DNA from: an uncultured delta proteobacterium
Lineage (GTDB): Bacteria; Desulfobacterota; WTBG01; CAIYCZ01
Direction of reading: 5' to 3'
NCBI GenBank assembly: GCA_963803975.1
Contig: CAWDOY010000048.1
Span: 32,001-96,000, forward strand
Length of the DNA: 64,000 nucleotides
Part shown: positions 11,035 through 22,193 of the stretch, piece by piece
How positions within the stretch are numbered: the first letter of the stretch is position 1
Layout of the letters: each line of letters starts with the position of its first letter
Notes under the pieces: model-generated
What the model was told of the DNA's origin: nothing
Seen by the model: only the letters and a program-made list of their open reading frames with translations
The model's database searches: none
Position numbers and translations under genes: made by a program

Positions 11035-11822
11035 CTACTCTTTATCAGAAGCTTTTTTAGTGCGCTTCTTTACCGGGAGAAGCGATATCTTTTTTGCTCC
11101 TTCAGGCGCCTTGAATGCAAACGTATCCTCTGGCATCTGAGGAAGCGCTGTGAAGCTCTTGAGCACCGCAATGTACTGCGGTGACCCCGGGCGCTGCTTA
11201 TACGTTATGACAATTTTTCGCAGCTGCGGCACATCCCCGGCGTCAACCCATATCTGCCAGTCAATGTTTTTTTGTGTCGCTGCGATATGGTGGCATTTTA
11301 TACCATCTGCATAGTGAAGGCCCAGGTAGCGGCAGGTTTTTGCATTTTTTATCAGTACGGAATACAGGTCATCGGAGAGCAGGTCTGCAAGAGGCGTGGT
11401 CACGCCGTATTTATCAACCAGCATGTCCATGGTCTCGCCAATGGTGCCGGGAGCAGCGACCTGGCCGTAGACATTGTTAGTCGCGGTCGAGCAGGGTAAA
11501 GGTTTTGTCGTCTTTCCAGATGGTAGTGTTGGTAATATCGCCCGTTGACTCAATCCAGAATTGTTTAGGCTCGCTTACCTTCAGCTTTCGGATGTGCGAA
11601 TACTGAATCTTTTGCCCGGACTTGAGCACCTCGTCCATAGTGTCAATGATCTCCACGCTGGCATTGATAGCCTTCTTTTTTTGTTCATTCAGCGCCTGGA
11701 GGATTTTCTCCGCCTGCGGATCAATGGCCGGGCTAGCAGCCTTTGACTGCCCCCAGCAGGTGCCAATAAATAGAGGTACTATAAATACCAACAAAAATAC
11801 TGTTTGCACAATGCGTTTCATA
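11035..11822 (-). CDS. DUF2092 family periplasmic protein (frameshift near 11480)
   Basis: 'IDPQAEKIL', 'PLADLL', 'GIKCHHIA....IDWQIWV..G..P..RKIVITYK..PGSPQY'. Confidence 0.8.
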
Positions 11823-11943
11823 CGACAACTCCTTTTTATAAAGTTAAATGTGATTAATAAATCTATATTGTTCAAGACGGGCCTGGTGAAGCTCTGCTGT
11901 TGATAGCTGATTTCTCTCTGCCACGGGCGGGAAACGGTAGTGC

Positions 11944-14029
11944 TTAAAAATTCCAGAATGAGTCTATCTCTTCGTCGGTAAAATCCCAGACCGCATTGTG
12001 CGGCGGCACCGGTTCTTTGAAAAATTCCGGAAGGCGGTCGTCTTTATTGGTGAATCCGGCTGCCAGGTTGAATTCATGCTCGGTGAGAAGAACCTTCCGT
12101 CCCAGTGGCGCGCCATTCTTCGGCAGTTTTGTTCAGCCCATCCTTTGCATTAAGCATGTCAGCTAAAAGTGATGCCACTTTAGGATTATCTAATGCCGCG
12201 AATCCGACAAATACACAAAGACCGGTACTGTCCAGGTATGTAGTGCCGATCTGCAGCCTTCTTGACAGCTCCACCTGCCCTTCCTTCTTCAGGGGATCAA
12301 CAAAACCGCCAACTTTCAGGATATTTACCGGGATACAGTACCCTGCCGTGTGGTCACTGCCCATGGTTGTCGTTGCATAGGTGATGCCCATCCCTTTAAC
12401 GGCGCGCGGGTCATACGCTGAAAGCCCCTGATTTTTAACAACCGGTACTCTGGTAATACCATGGGCCCTGCCGACTGCTCCGGCACCGGCGCCGATAGTG
12501 CGGCCCAGGGGTGTGCCGGCTCCGATTTCTTTCAGCAGCCGCAATGCGCCAGGTCCGTCACCAAAGGCAATGATGCCTGCTTCCATGACGACCCCCATGG
12601 CAACCACTGTTTCAATCGAGTCAATACCGATATCGTCCATAATATGGTCTGCTTCGGCGATGATATCCAGATCATCAATACAGCAGTCGGCCCCGAAACC
12701 CCAGATGGTTTCAAATTCAAAACCAGAGGTCACATAATTGCCATCCTTATCATTGTATACCTGGGAGCATTGAATAATACATCCCGTATGGCAGAAATGA
12801 TGGGGCCTGCCTTTGCGCGCAATAATAACGTCCCGCAGGGTTTCTCCGCTTATTTTATTAGCTCCGGCAAATTGGCCTTCCCGGAAATTCCTGGTCGGCA
12901 GCCCTCCCGATTCATTCATGATATTCACCAGCACATTGGTGCCGTACAGCTTCAGCGACTCACCGCTCACGGGATGGGCCAGCACCGCCTTTGCAAACGC
13001 ACGCGCAGAAATTTTAAATTTCTCCTGATCAACTATCGGTACGCCGGGGCCATCAGCAGGGTCAATGGTGATGTACTTAATTTTTTTGGAGCCCATAACC
13101 GCGCCCAATCCGCCGCGGCCATGGCTGCGAATATTGCCATCAGGATCCTTCACCGAGATATTGGCCGCTGCCAGGCACATTTCGCCTGCCGGGCCAATGG
13201 ACAGAATACCAGTTTTATCCCCATGTTTTTTAATAAGGGTTTTCATTACTTCATAATTCCATTTACCCACTAACTCTTTCTCTTCTCGAATCGTAATCCC
13301 GTTCTTGTCAACATGGAGACTGTAAAACGTGTCTTTCTCAGGCAGGCCTTCAATAATGAGGGCCTTAATGCCCAATCGGGCGAGGCACTGGGCAGCAGTG
13401 CCGCCGGCGTTACTTTCTTTGATGGTGCCGGTCAGCGGGCTTTTGGCTCCGGCAGAAAGCCGCCCCGAGTTTGGGCACATGGTCCCGGCGAGCAAGCCGG
13501 GAGCAAAGATAAGCTTATTGTCCTTTCCCAGCGGATCACAGGTTGGCTTTACTTCCTGTGCCACAAAGGTTGAGGTCAGACCTCTGCCGCCAAGGCCTTT
13601 CCATTTCTCGGGCACATCCTCAACTTTTGCCGTGAGTGTTGACATGTCTACGCGATAAATTTTGTCTGCATGAACTTTTTCCGGAATAATCATTTGTTGC
13701 TTGTAGATGGCCTGGCCTTTATCTGTCACGGGCGGGAAATACTGATTCTCCATGGCAAGACACTTTTTAGGACAGATTTCAACACAGAGATTGCAGGCGC
13801 AGCATTTGAGACGATCTATCTGCCATTCCTTGATAGCTTTGGTGACGACAATAGAATGGGTCGGGCACCGCTTGCCGCACAGGCCGCAGAAAATACAATC
13901 GTTAATAGTAATTTCAACTCTGCCCCTGGTAATGGGGGTATACACCCGCTTGCGCTGCGGATACATAAGCGTCGCAGGCCCGGTGAACAGGTTCCGCAAC
14001 ACGGTTTTTGACATGGTAAAAAATTTCAT
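11944..14029 (-). CDS. echF: EchF (2x[4Fe-4S]) apparently fused to an aldehyde:ferredoxin oxidoreductase-family enzyme (C-terminal frameshift near 12100)
   Basis: N-terminus 'NLFTGPATLMYP...CIFCGLCGKRCP...CCACNLCVEICP'. From about 13670 an AOR domain (KSPLTGTIKESNAGG, GRGGLGAVMGSK, AYDPR); C-terminus 'HEFNLAAGF...DRLPEFF...IDSFWNF' stops at 11944. Confidence 0.8.
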
Positions 14030-14046
14030 AATCCAGTCCATAGTTT

Positions 14047-14215
14047 ATCTGGAACTCAGGAACTCAGTAGAAATGAAAATAAAATTATGCTATCTGATCT
14101 CAAGAAAATCAAAAAGAATTGTCATTACAAAAATTCAGGTTCACTGATTATTAACTGAATCCTGAAATTCCAGTATTCGAAATCTTTTTATTTTTATGAG
14201 TTCTGAGTTCCAGAT
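14047..14215. repeat. MITE-like palindromic element between echE and echF
   Basis: Left arm ATCTGGAACTCAGGAACTCA, right arm TGAGTTCTGAGTTCCAGAT. Confidence 0.7.
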
Positions 14216-14246
14216 TCAATTTTTATTTTTCATCATCAGCCTGCTG

Positions 14247-15326
14247 CTACCGCTCCGTGCAGCTGATACATGGGTCAAGGGTTAGAATGATATTCGGAAC
14301 ATCCGCGACCTGCGAACCCTTCAGCACTGCGATCATCGCCGGGATATTGCTGAAGGTGGGGGTTCGCACCCGGAACCGCTGCAGGAATTTTGTGCCATTG
14401 GCTTTCACATAATGGATCACTTCACCCCGTGGCTGCTCGATGCGGGAAAAGTACTCGCCATTCGGCGTGCCCTTGACCTTGACATCAAACGGCCCATCGG
14501 GAATTTTTTCTGCTGCCTGGCGGATCAAATCTATGGATTGAAAGATTTCTCGGATTCTCACCAGGCACCGCGCATAGCAGTCTCCGGAGTTTTCAACCAT
14601 TGGCTCCAGCTCAAGGTTTTTGTACGCGGAATAGCCGATTTTTCGCATGTCGCTGGCATACCCGCTGGCCCGCAGCATGGGTCCGACACACCCGAGGCGA
14701 TAGGCATCTTCTTTGGAGATATGCCCTACGCCGACCAGCCGGTGCTTGACCGAATAGTCATTGATGAATACGTCAGTGAGTTCATGCAGTTCCTTCTCCA
14801 TGGCGAGTAATCTGGCTGTAATTTCATTTAATTTACCCGCTTCAATGTCACGCTTTACTCCGCCAACCTTGTTCATGCCGAAGATCACCCGACCACCGGT
14901 TGTTTCTTCAATGATGTCGAGAACCTTCTCCCGTATTCGGAGCGATTGCATGAACAGGCTCTCAAAACCGAAGGCATCAGCTGCCACGCCGAGCCAGAAG
15001 ATATGGCTGTGCAGCCGCCCCAGCTCCGCCCAGATGACCCGCAGATACTGGCAGCGCTCCGGCACCTCAATAGCCATAATCTCTTCCACTGCCTGGCAAT
15101 AGCCCATGCTGTGCATGAAACTGCACAGACCGCAGATCCGGTCTGCAACATAGGCATAGTCCATAAAATCCCTTTGTTCCACCAGCTTTTCCAGGCCCCG
15201 GTGGACAAAGCTTATGGAAGGGATGGCATCGACAATCAGCTCATCCTCGGTGATAAGCTCAAAATGAATCGGCTCGGGAAGCACCGGGTGCTGCGGTCCG
15301 AAGGGAATTACATTGGTACGAGCCAT
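14247..15326 (-). CDS. echE: Ech [NiFe]-hydrogenase large subunit
   Basis: PFGPQHP; L1 RICGLCSFMH; L2 DPCISCTER at the extreme C-terminus with no cleavable extension, as in Ech. Confidence 0.95.
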   Translation of the reverse strand: MARTNVIPFGPQHPVLPEPIHFELITEDELIVDAIPSISFVHRGLEKLVEQRDFMDYAYVADRICGLCSFMHSMGYCQAVEEIMAIEVPERCQYLRVIWAELGRLHSHIFWLGVAADAFGFESLFMQSLRIREKVLDIIEETTGGRVIFGMNKVGGVKRDIEAGKLNEITARLLAMEKELHELTDVFINDYSVKHRLVGVGHISKEDAYRLGCVGPMLRASGYASDMRKIGYSAYKNLELEPMVENSGDCYARCLVRIREIFQSIDLIRQAAEKIPDGPFDVKVKGTPNGEYFSRIEQPRGEVIHYVKANGTKFLQRFRVRTPTFSNIPAMIAVLKGSQVADVPNIILTLDPCISCTER

Positions 15327-15793
15327 TGAATGCTACTCCTTTTTTTCCTGGGCTGACAATCAGCGGCAGCGGCCGACGGCTGCTGTGCCGGTTCATCCTG
15401 CTTCAGGGCAGCGGCTTTGGGCTGCTTAGGCGGCTCAGGCTTCGGCAGATTTTCGATGCTGAAGGGCGTTTTAATCGCGGTGCGGTAAAACGCGCCTTTG
15501 TAGTCAACGCTTATATTCTTAATGTTCAGGCCAAACAGGTCATTGATTTCATTCTCATATAAAAAAGCATTCGGGTAGATAACACTGATGCTTTGAATCT
15601 CATCCTGCTGCTGCACGGTGATGCGCAGGTTTTTAAAAAGATAGTCTTTATCGAACGAGTAGTTCAGTTCATAGGCGTCGGCAAGCGTGGTGCAGCCGAT
15701 CTGTACCATGCGATAGCCCTGGGCAAACAGGTCAGAGACAGCTCCCAGCAGAGCGTCTTTTTCGATAGGGATTATTTCCTGCGGTTCACTCAT
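15308..15793 (-). CDS. echD: Ech subunit D (NuoC-like); 3' end probably shifted in an A-run
   Basis: 'GYRMVQIGCT...YSFDKD...SISVIYPNAFLYENEINDLFG'. Confidence 0.88.
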   Translation of the reverse strand: MSEPQEIIPIEKDALLGAVSDLFAQGYRMVQIGCTTLADAYELNYSFDKDYLFKNLRITVQQQDEIQSISVIYPNAFLYENEINDLFGLNIKNISVDYKGAFYRTAIKTPFSIENLPKPEPPKQPKAAALKQDEPAQQPSAAAADCQPRKKRSSIQWLVPM

Positions 15794-15815
15794 AGGTTAA
15801 TACCGATACTATTTG

Positions 15816-16268
15816 TTATGCTTTTATAGATTGTTGTTGGGTGTTTTTCTGCTGCGCGTATTTTTCTTCAAGAATCCCGCACGCTTTTAATACGCCGTCG
15901 ATAATCGCTTCAGGCCGCGCGGAGCAGCCGGGGACATACACATCCACAGGCACTACCTTGTCAGCGCCGCCCAGCACGTTGTAGCAGTCCTGGAACACGC
16001 AGCCGGAACACGCGCAGATTCCCACTGCCACCACGACCCGGGGATTGGGCATCTGCTCATAGAGCGTCTTTAAAACATGCTTGCTTTTCTCATTGACCGA
16101 GCCGGTCACCAGCAGTATGTCGGAATGTTTCGGGTTGCCGGTGTTGATAATGCCGAACCGCTCCAGATCATACAGGGGGGTCAGGCAGGCAATAACCTCT
16201 ATATCGCAGCCATTACAGCTCGTTGCATTATAATGAAACACCCATGGTGAACGTTTAAACCAGGCCAT
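15816..16268 (-). CDS. echC: Ech small subunit (NuoB-like)
   Basis: SPWVFHYNATSCNGCDIE, VGICACSG, YVPGCSARPEAII. Confidence 0.95.
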   Translation of the reverse strand: MAWFKRSPWVFHYNATSCNGCDIEVIACLTPLYDLERFGIINTGNPKHSDILLVTGSVNEKSKHVLKTLYEQMPNPRVVVAVGICACSGCVFQDCYNVLGGADKVVPVDVYVPGCSARPEAIIDGVLKACGILEEKYAQQKNTQQQSIKA

Positions 16269-16318
16269 ATTATAAATCCTAATTTGTAAACCCTAAAACC
16301 CGAACTTCAGCCTAAACC

Positions 16319-17200
16319 CTATTTAATCAAATGCAGCACAATAATATTTGACACCCCGGCCACGGCAGTAAACAGCCATGAGCTCAGGAATGTAAGCTGC
16401 CACTTGAACCGGGAATAATTGTTATCAATAAAAATCTCAAACAGATACGCCGCTATAGTCAGCACAATCCCCAGCCAGGGGTTGAAGGCAAAGAACAGAT
16501 ATACGATACCCAGGAGCAGCACATTTTCATACCAGTGGGATATTTCTATAAGGGCCAGGGCAGGGCCGGAAAATTCCGTGGTGAGCCCGCGCACGATTTC
16601 CTGATGGGCGTGATGCGATATGGAAAGGTCAAACGGTGATTTTCTGAACTTGATGGTGAGAATATACAAAAAGCCGGCAAACACGCCCGGCAGAGCCAGG
16701 ATAAGCGGTTTCTGGTACATCGCGATATCAGCGACCTTGAAGCTTCCGGTCACCATATACATGCCGACAGCCACAAGAATGACCATGGGCTCATAGGCCA
16801 CCATCTGGATTATCTCACGCTCAGCACCCAGGTGGCTGTAGGGTGAGCTGACCGAGTACCCGGCCAGCACAAAGAACGTCCCTGCCGTGGCCAGGCCGAA
16901 GATCATCAGCAGGATATCAGCACCGCAAAAAAACAGAGCGCCGGAAAACACGGTAAAGACAAAAAACAGAATTATATTGAAGTTCTGAAATTTATTAACA
17001 ACGATGCGCTCCTTTTGAAACAGTTTAAACACATCATAAAAAGGCTGAAGTATTGGCGGGCCAAACCTGCCCTGCAGCCGGGCGGTTAATTTGCGGTCGA
17101 TCCCGGCCAGCACGCCGCCAATGAACGGTGCGATAAGGACATACGCCAGCATCCGCTCAGCAAGGCCCAGGGATTGAAACAACTCAAACAGTGTCTTCAT
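16319..17200 (-). CDS. echB: Ech membrane subunit B (NuoH-like)
   Basis: GIDRKLTARLQGRFGPPILQPFYD; KSPFDLSISHHAHQEIV. Confidence 0.95.
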   Translation of the reverse strand: MKTLFELFQSLGLAERMLAYVLIAPFIGGVLAGIDRKLTARLQGRFGPPILQPFYDVFKLFQKERIVVNKFQNFNIILFFVFTVFSGALFFCGADILLMIFGLATAGTFFVLAGYSVSSPYSHLGAEREIIQMVAYEPMVILVAVGMYMVTGSFKVADIAMYQKPLILALPGVFAGFLYILTIKFRKSPFDLSISHHAHQEIVRGLTTEFSGPALALIEISHWYENVLLLGIVYLFFAFNPWLGIVLTIAAYLFEIFIDNNYSRFKWQLTFLSSWLFTAVAGVSNIIVLHLIK

Positions 17201-19096
17201 AAGGCTGCAACCCCGAACATGATGAAAATCAAGGTCAGAGAAACTAACACACCGACATTACATAATATATCTTCGCCGAAAGTACTTCGTCAGGTAGTAG
17301 TTTTTAAGGTCAGCTGTCTGTTTATGATCCATGGGGCCTTCAAAGCTGACATTGTCAACATTTGCTCCCCCGAGATACGTTCCCACCCGCCTATAATTCT
17401 TATTAACGTATGCATAGTACATGAGCCCCAGGGGAAGAATGATTAAAATACCAATCATGATGACGTAAATAACAAGTATATTGAAGGTATCAACCACAGG
17501 AGATTTCCCGAACACGTCCTTGAGATAGGGATCTATGATGCGGGAGGAGATAAACGGAAACCCAAGGCACACGACAACGGTGGCAATTGCTAAAATAGCC
17601 AGGGTAAACTGTTCCCAGCGACTCACCGGATGCTCCACAACCTGGGTCTCGCCATATTTAATGGACATGATTTTACCCATCCATTTGGTCCAGAAAAAGA
17701 CCGTGGCTGCGCTGCCATAGGCTAACAGTATTGCCATTCCCGGATTGCTATCGATAAATGCTTTGAGTGTTACGAACTTGCTGATGATCATGCCGAAGGG
17801 GGCAAGAAACATTCCGGCCATGCCGATCATCATGACTGCGGTGAGCTTCGGCAGGCGCATAATCAAATAGTCCATATCCTCTATGTCACGGCTGCCCAGC
17901 CTGTATTCGATAATCCCCACGCAGAGAAACAAAAGCGACTTGGCCACCGCGTGGAAGATAATCAGCAGCAGCGCTGACCATACTGCCGCATCGGTATTGA
18001 CTCCTGCGCAGGCGACAATCAGGCCGAGGTTGGAGATGGTTGAGTAGGCAAGCACCTTTTTAGCGTTGCTCTGGGAAATGGCAATCAAGGCCGTAACCAG
18101 GAAGGTAACCCCGCCGACGAGCATGAGCATTTTTGCCGCCACCGTGTTCTCCAGCACCGGCGCCACCCGCAGGATGATATAGACTCCTGCTTTCACCATG
18201 GTGCTTGAATGCAGCAGCGCTGACACCGGCGTGGGGGCTACCATGGCGCCGGTCAGCCATGAGCAGAACGGGAACTGGGCTGATTTCACCAGGCCGGCAA
18301 AGGCAATGCACACGGCAGGAAGCAGGACAAGGCTCTTATCAGCTTGCAGCAGCTTATCCAGCTCCATGATTCGGGCAGAGCTGTACAGATACACAATACC
18401 CACCGCAAACGCCAGCCCGCCCAGCAGGTTCATATTCAGTGCTCTGAATGAGCTTTCAATGGACTGCTTGTCATTCCGGTAGCCGATGAGAAGCGCCGAG
18501 CAGATGGTGGTTATCTCCCAGAAGAAAAAGACCCACATGAGGTTATTGGAAAAGACGATGCCGAACATGGCGGACAGGAACAGGTAGATGAGGAACGCGA
18601 AATACCTGCGCCGGTCTTTTACTTCCTTATGATGCTCGTGATATTCGGGGAGATAGCCGATCGCATACAGGCAGATGGCGCTGCCGATAATGCCGACAAT
18701 CAGCGCCATGATGATGGAGAACTTATCCACGAACAGGCTGTGCTCAATGTGCATCGAGCTGCCGGAGGTAAACTCAAAGGTCAGCATAATCACTGACTGC
18801 ACGACTACGAGCAGCACGGGGAGATATCTTTTTGCCCGGATGGAAATATAAATAATAAAGCCTGCAATGAAAACTTCTATCGCAAGCATGAAAATATTGA
18901 TCAGATGGCTCTCAAGCTGGAAATATGCAGGCCCTTTATCAAGGTAGGTGATAAGCAGATAGATGGGTACTACGCACAGGACAATAATGGCAATAACGCC
19001 GATAATTCTTCTAAGCGTGACCAAAGCAGAAGGCAGCACCGCTGCTAATATCGCGATGCACAAGGGGAACACTATCAGAAAAATCAACGCATTCAC
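17197..19096 (-). CDS. echA: Ech antiporter-like membrane subunit A (NuoL-like; frameshift near 17270)
   Basis: FFWEITT, KSAQFPF.SWL.GAMVAPTPVSALLHSSTMVKAGVY; GTG start; ATGA overlap with echB. Confidence 0.93.
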
Positions 19097-19271
19097 TGCA
19101 ACGTCCTCATATACGGTAAATGATTACCTGTTGTTAGACGATTTGACACAGTTGTCTGCAGCTGCTCCCGGTTAAATTACTATAGCACAAAATATCTTTA
19201 TCATCTGTTTAAAGAACATAATTAAAGAGAAAATATGCATGCACCATCTGAATTTAATCTGCACCCGCCTA

Positions 19272-21557
19272 TTAACTTGTCTGAATCATTTCTTTAAGTA
19301 TTTTGACTGTCTGTTTGGCTGCATCTTCCGGCTTTAAGCCTTTGTTGGAGATACCGCACACCACCTTGACAATATCGTGGTCACATTTTTTATCAGCCCA
19401 GACCTGTGCTTTGGGCGCTGCGATATACACTGAAAACGCATTCTGGCCGGTCCCCGGTCGCTCGCCGATGATGTGCAGCACAATCCGTTTTTTAGCGGGG
19501 TCGGATTTTTCGAACAGGATGTTGCCAACCTCGATAACCGGCCCGCACGCGGCCGCTGGTCACGAGAATATTTTTTTCATCAACCGTTAAGCCGGCTTCC
19601 TGCAGGTCTTTCTTCACCGCAGTGAGGTATGTTACGACCTGGCCTTCGCTCATGATTGCATTGGCATTTAACCCGTCAGAGATGACAATCTGCACATCCG
19701 GGTCTTTGCCTGCCCACGAATCCCGCAGCTTTTCAAGGGTTGCAACCGACTGCTCGTTCAGCTTTTCACCGGTGGGGGGCTGCACAATATAGTTTTCCCG
19801 GTCCTTTGCCTGAGTGGCAACCTGCACTGCATTGGGAACCGTCTTGATAAACTCAGGGGTAAATTCCGCCCATATTGATTTCTTGCCGTCGTCGTACAGC
19901 TCCCGCACTTTTTTATCCAGTTCCGGGTTCAGATCCCAGATGTTTTTGCCATACCCGGCAGCAAGCGCTACCCGCTGGCCGGTCTTCAGCCAGGTGCCAT
20001 AGATATCATCAAACTTCTGTTTGCCTTCGGCATATATTTCCTGTTCAGAGCGTTTATCGCCTTTGGCTGCGCAGTACTGATAATAAACCCAGATGGGGTC
20101 TCCGAAGTGCTTTGTTGGTTTGCCGTTCTTATCAATGATCTGGATTCGTTTATAGAATTCCCACATGGCATCATTGATTTTATAGCCGAATTTTTCCCGT
20201 ATGCGCACATGATCCTGAAACGCAGTGGTCAGATAGCCCAGCATGGGGTCATTCCTGGTGGGAAGGGCCATGATATAGGCGGGATTTGCCGGCATAATCT
20301 GATCCTGGCACCACTCCAGATCATCGAGGCTCACCGACATGTGCAGGGTTGAGCAGATATCAAGGCCTATGGCAAGCCCGTGCAGTTTACCCATGGCTAT
20401 ATCTTCCAGGCAGCAGCGCACCAGCTGCTCTCTGGTTCTGAAAACTTCCGGCCCGATGAAACCGGCAACATCGTTGACGTGTGTCCAGGCGCCCTTGGGC
20501 TGGACTTTCCCCAGGCCGTTTTTAATCGCCCGGGAAAATCCGTACTTGCGGGATTCAAGCACGACCATGTCCACCCCTTCGGCTGTTCCATTGGTGAAGT
20601 CAGCACCCTGGCCGGTCTCAAAATACATCCCGTAGCGCTGCCCTTTGCGTGATTTTGCATGGTCAATCATCTTGTCCACGCTGATGTCAAACACCTTGTT
20701 GGCCGCATCAGTTCCTGCCAGGCTCTGGAACATAATGGCAACCAGCTCCGGGTTTTTGTCGGCAACGGCCCGCTGCACGTCAACATGGGCCAGCACACAC
20801 CAGGGAATAATATCTTTAAGGCCAAAGGTATCCACCACATCCTTGAGGGTTTTTTCCACCCGGGCAGTACTTTCCACGGTTCCATCTACCGGGTTTGTGC
20901 CGATGACTATATCGCCCACCGCATAGGAGAAGCCGTCAAATGTCTGCCAGCGAATTTCCTCGGGATCATCAGTGGCAGAATTTGGCTGGATGCGGGCGCT
21001 CATGTACCCTTTTGCGCCGATTTTGCTGCCGGGCAGCGGATTAAAAATCTTTTGCCCAACTGCAATCAGCTCCTGATTGCTCATGAGCTTGACCACACAG
21101 GCTATTACATCACTATCAAGGCCCGGCATGATTGCCTTGATCTCTTTTTCCGGTTTGGTCAGGATAAATGTTTTTAGCTTTCCAATAGTCCAGCTTTTTA
21201 TCTTCTCGTACTGTGCTGCGTCTGTTGTTTTCCAGATTCCTTTCTGCAGGGTATCCTCCAGAAGGGGGCGCTCATGCAGGTCTTTTATTTTGGTGTTTGC
21301 AAGCAGCTTCCGGGCATTCTCCCTGCTCACTTCATCATCAGCTCCCACGCCGATTGTTTTATCTCCCTCCTTGAAGGCATTTGCCGCACCGACTATTTGC
21401 TTATACAGTGTCGGGTCAAATGAACCCTTGACCTGCTGAATATATTGAAAGATATCTTCTCCGGGTTTTACATCCTTAATGGTTATGGCGCTGCAGTAGG
21501 TACTCAAGCAAAAGATACCAATGGCGATCAGTGCTGCTATATAATGTGTCGTTTCAT
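19272..21557 (-). CDS. eutBC: fused ethanolamine ammonia-lyase EutB-EutC with putative N-terminal signal peptide (frameshifts near 21553 and 19530)
   Basis: EutB motifs RIQPN..DD, IGTNPV, CVLAHV, FQSLAGT, YFETGQG, GFIGPE, DPMLGY. EutC motifs DVQIVISDGL, GRVRAGY, IIGERPG. AGGAGG RBS before ATG 21557. Confidence 0.85.
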
Positions 21558-21652
21558 ACTCAATACCCTCCTGAACATAGCAATTATTTAATTAAATAGT
21601 ATAGAAAACTTCCGTTACAATTTTATTGCATGCCAGTTTGCATTTCTCTGTT

Positions 21653-22048
21653 TTAGTGCAGCAAAGTGGGCGAGATATACGTACCACCCTTTAAAACTTC
21701 CTCCACTGCTGCAAGGAGGTCGGTGGCTGCCATTCGCTTGAGCACGAAACCTTTCGCCCCTGTCGCAAGGCATTCATTCACCACTGTCTGTTCGTCATGA
21801 ACGCTCAGGATGATGGACTTGAGTTCCGGATTCAATCTCTGCAGCAGCCTGACAACGTTTTCCCCCGAAGATATTGGAAATGACAGATCTGCAATGATGA
21901 GATCAAACTGGGTACCGGTTACGGCTTCAGTAAGAGAGTGCTCGTCTGCTACCATGAGCATCGTGCACATCGTTTCCTTAAAAATAAGACGAACGACACC
22001 CACAAATGTTGGATGGGTATCGGCAAGCAGGATTCGTTCTGACAGCAT
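21653..22048 (-). CDS. stand-alone response regulator receiver (NarL-like REC only)
   Basis: ILLADTH, IADLS, ILSVH, KGFVLK. Confidence 0.8.
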   Translation of the reverse strand: MLSERILLADTHPTFVGVVRLIFKETMCTMLMVADEHSLTEAVTGTQFDLIIADLSFPISSGENVVRLLQRLNPELKSIILSVHDEQTVVNECLATGAKGFVLKRMAATDLLAAVEEVLKGGTYISPTLLH

Positions 22049-22193
22049 GGATCAACCTAACTGTTTCTATACCGGTGAACCATCAACGGGAGATAGTATC
22101 TGCAAGCGTATAGGGGGGAGTATAGAACAACAGGGTAAAAGGTCAACTAGGAGAAGTCCTAGTTTTGCGGAATATTTTTACTGGGTGAGAGAA

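Noticed and set aside
12461..13273. Long antisense ORFs (270 aa here; others opposite RND, GH63 and eutBC)
   Set aside because: Shadow frames of well-supported genes, with no motifs or RBS.
14247..19096. Operon as complex I (nuo) or a non-hydrogenase Ehr complex
   Set aside because: Both CxxC Ni-binding motifs are intact and the six-gene order matches ech.
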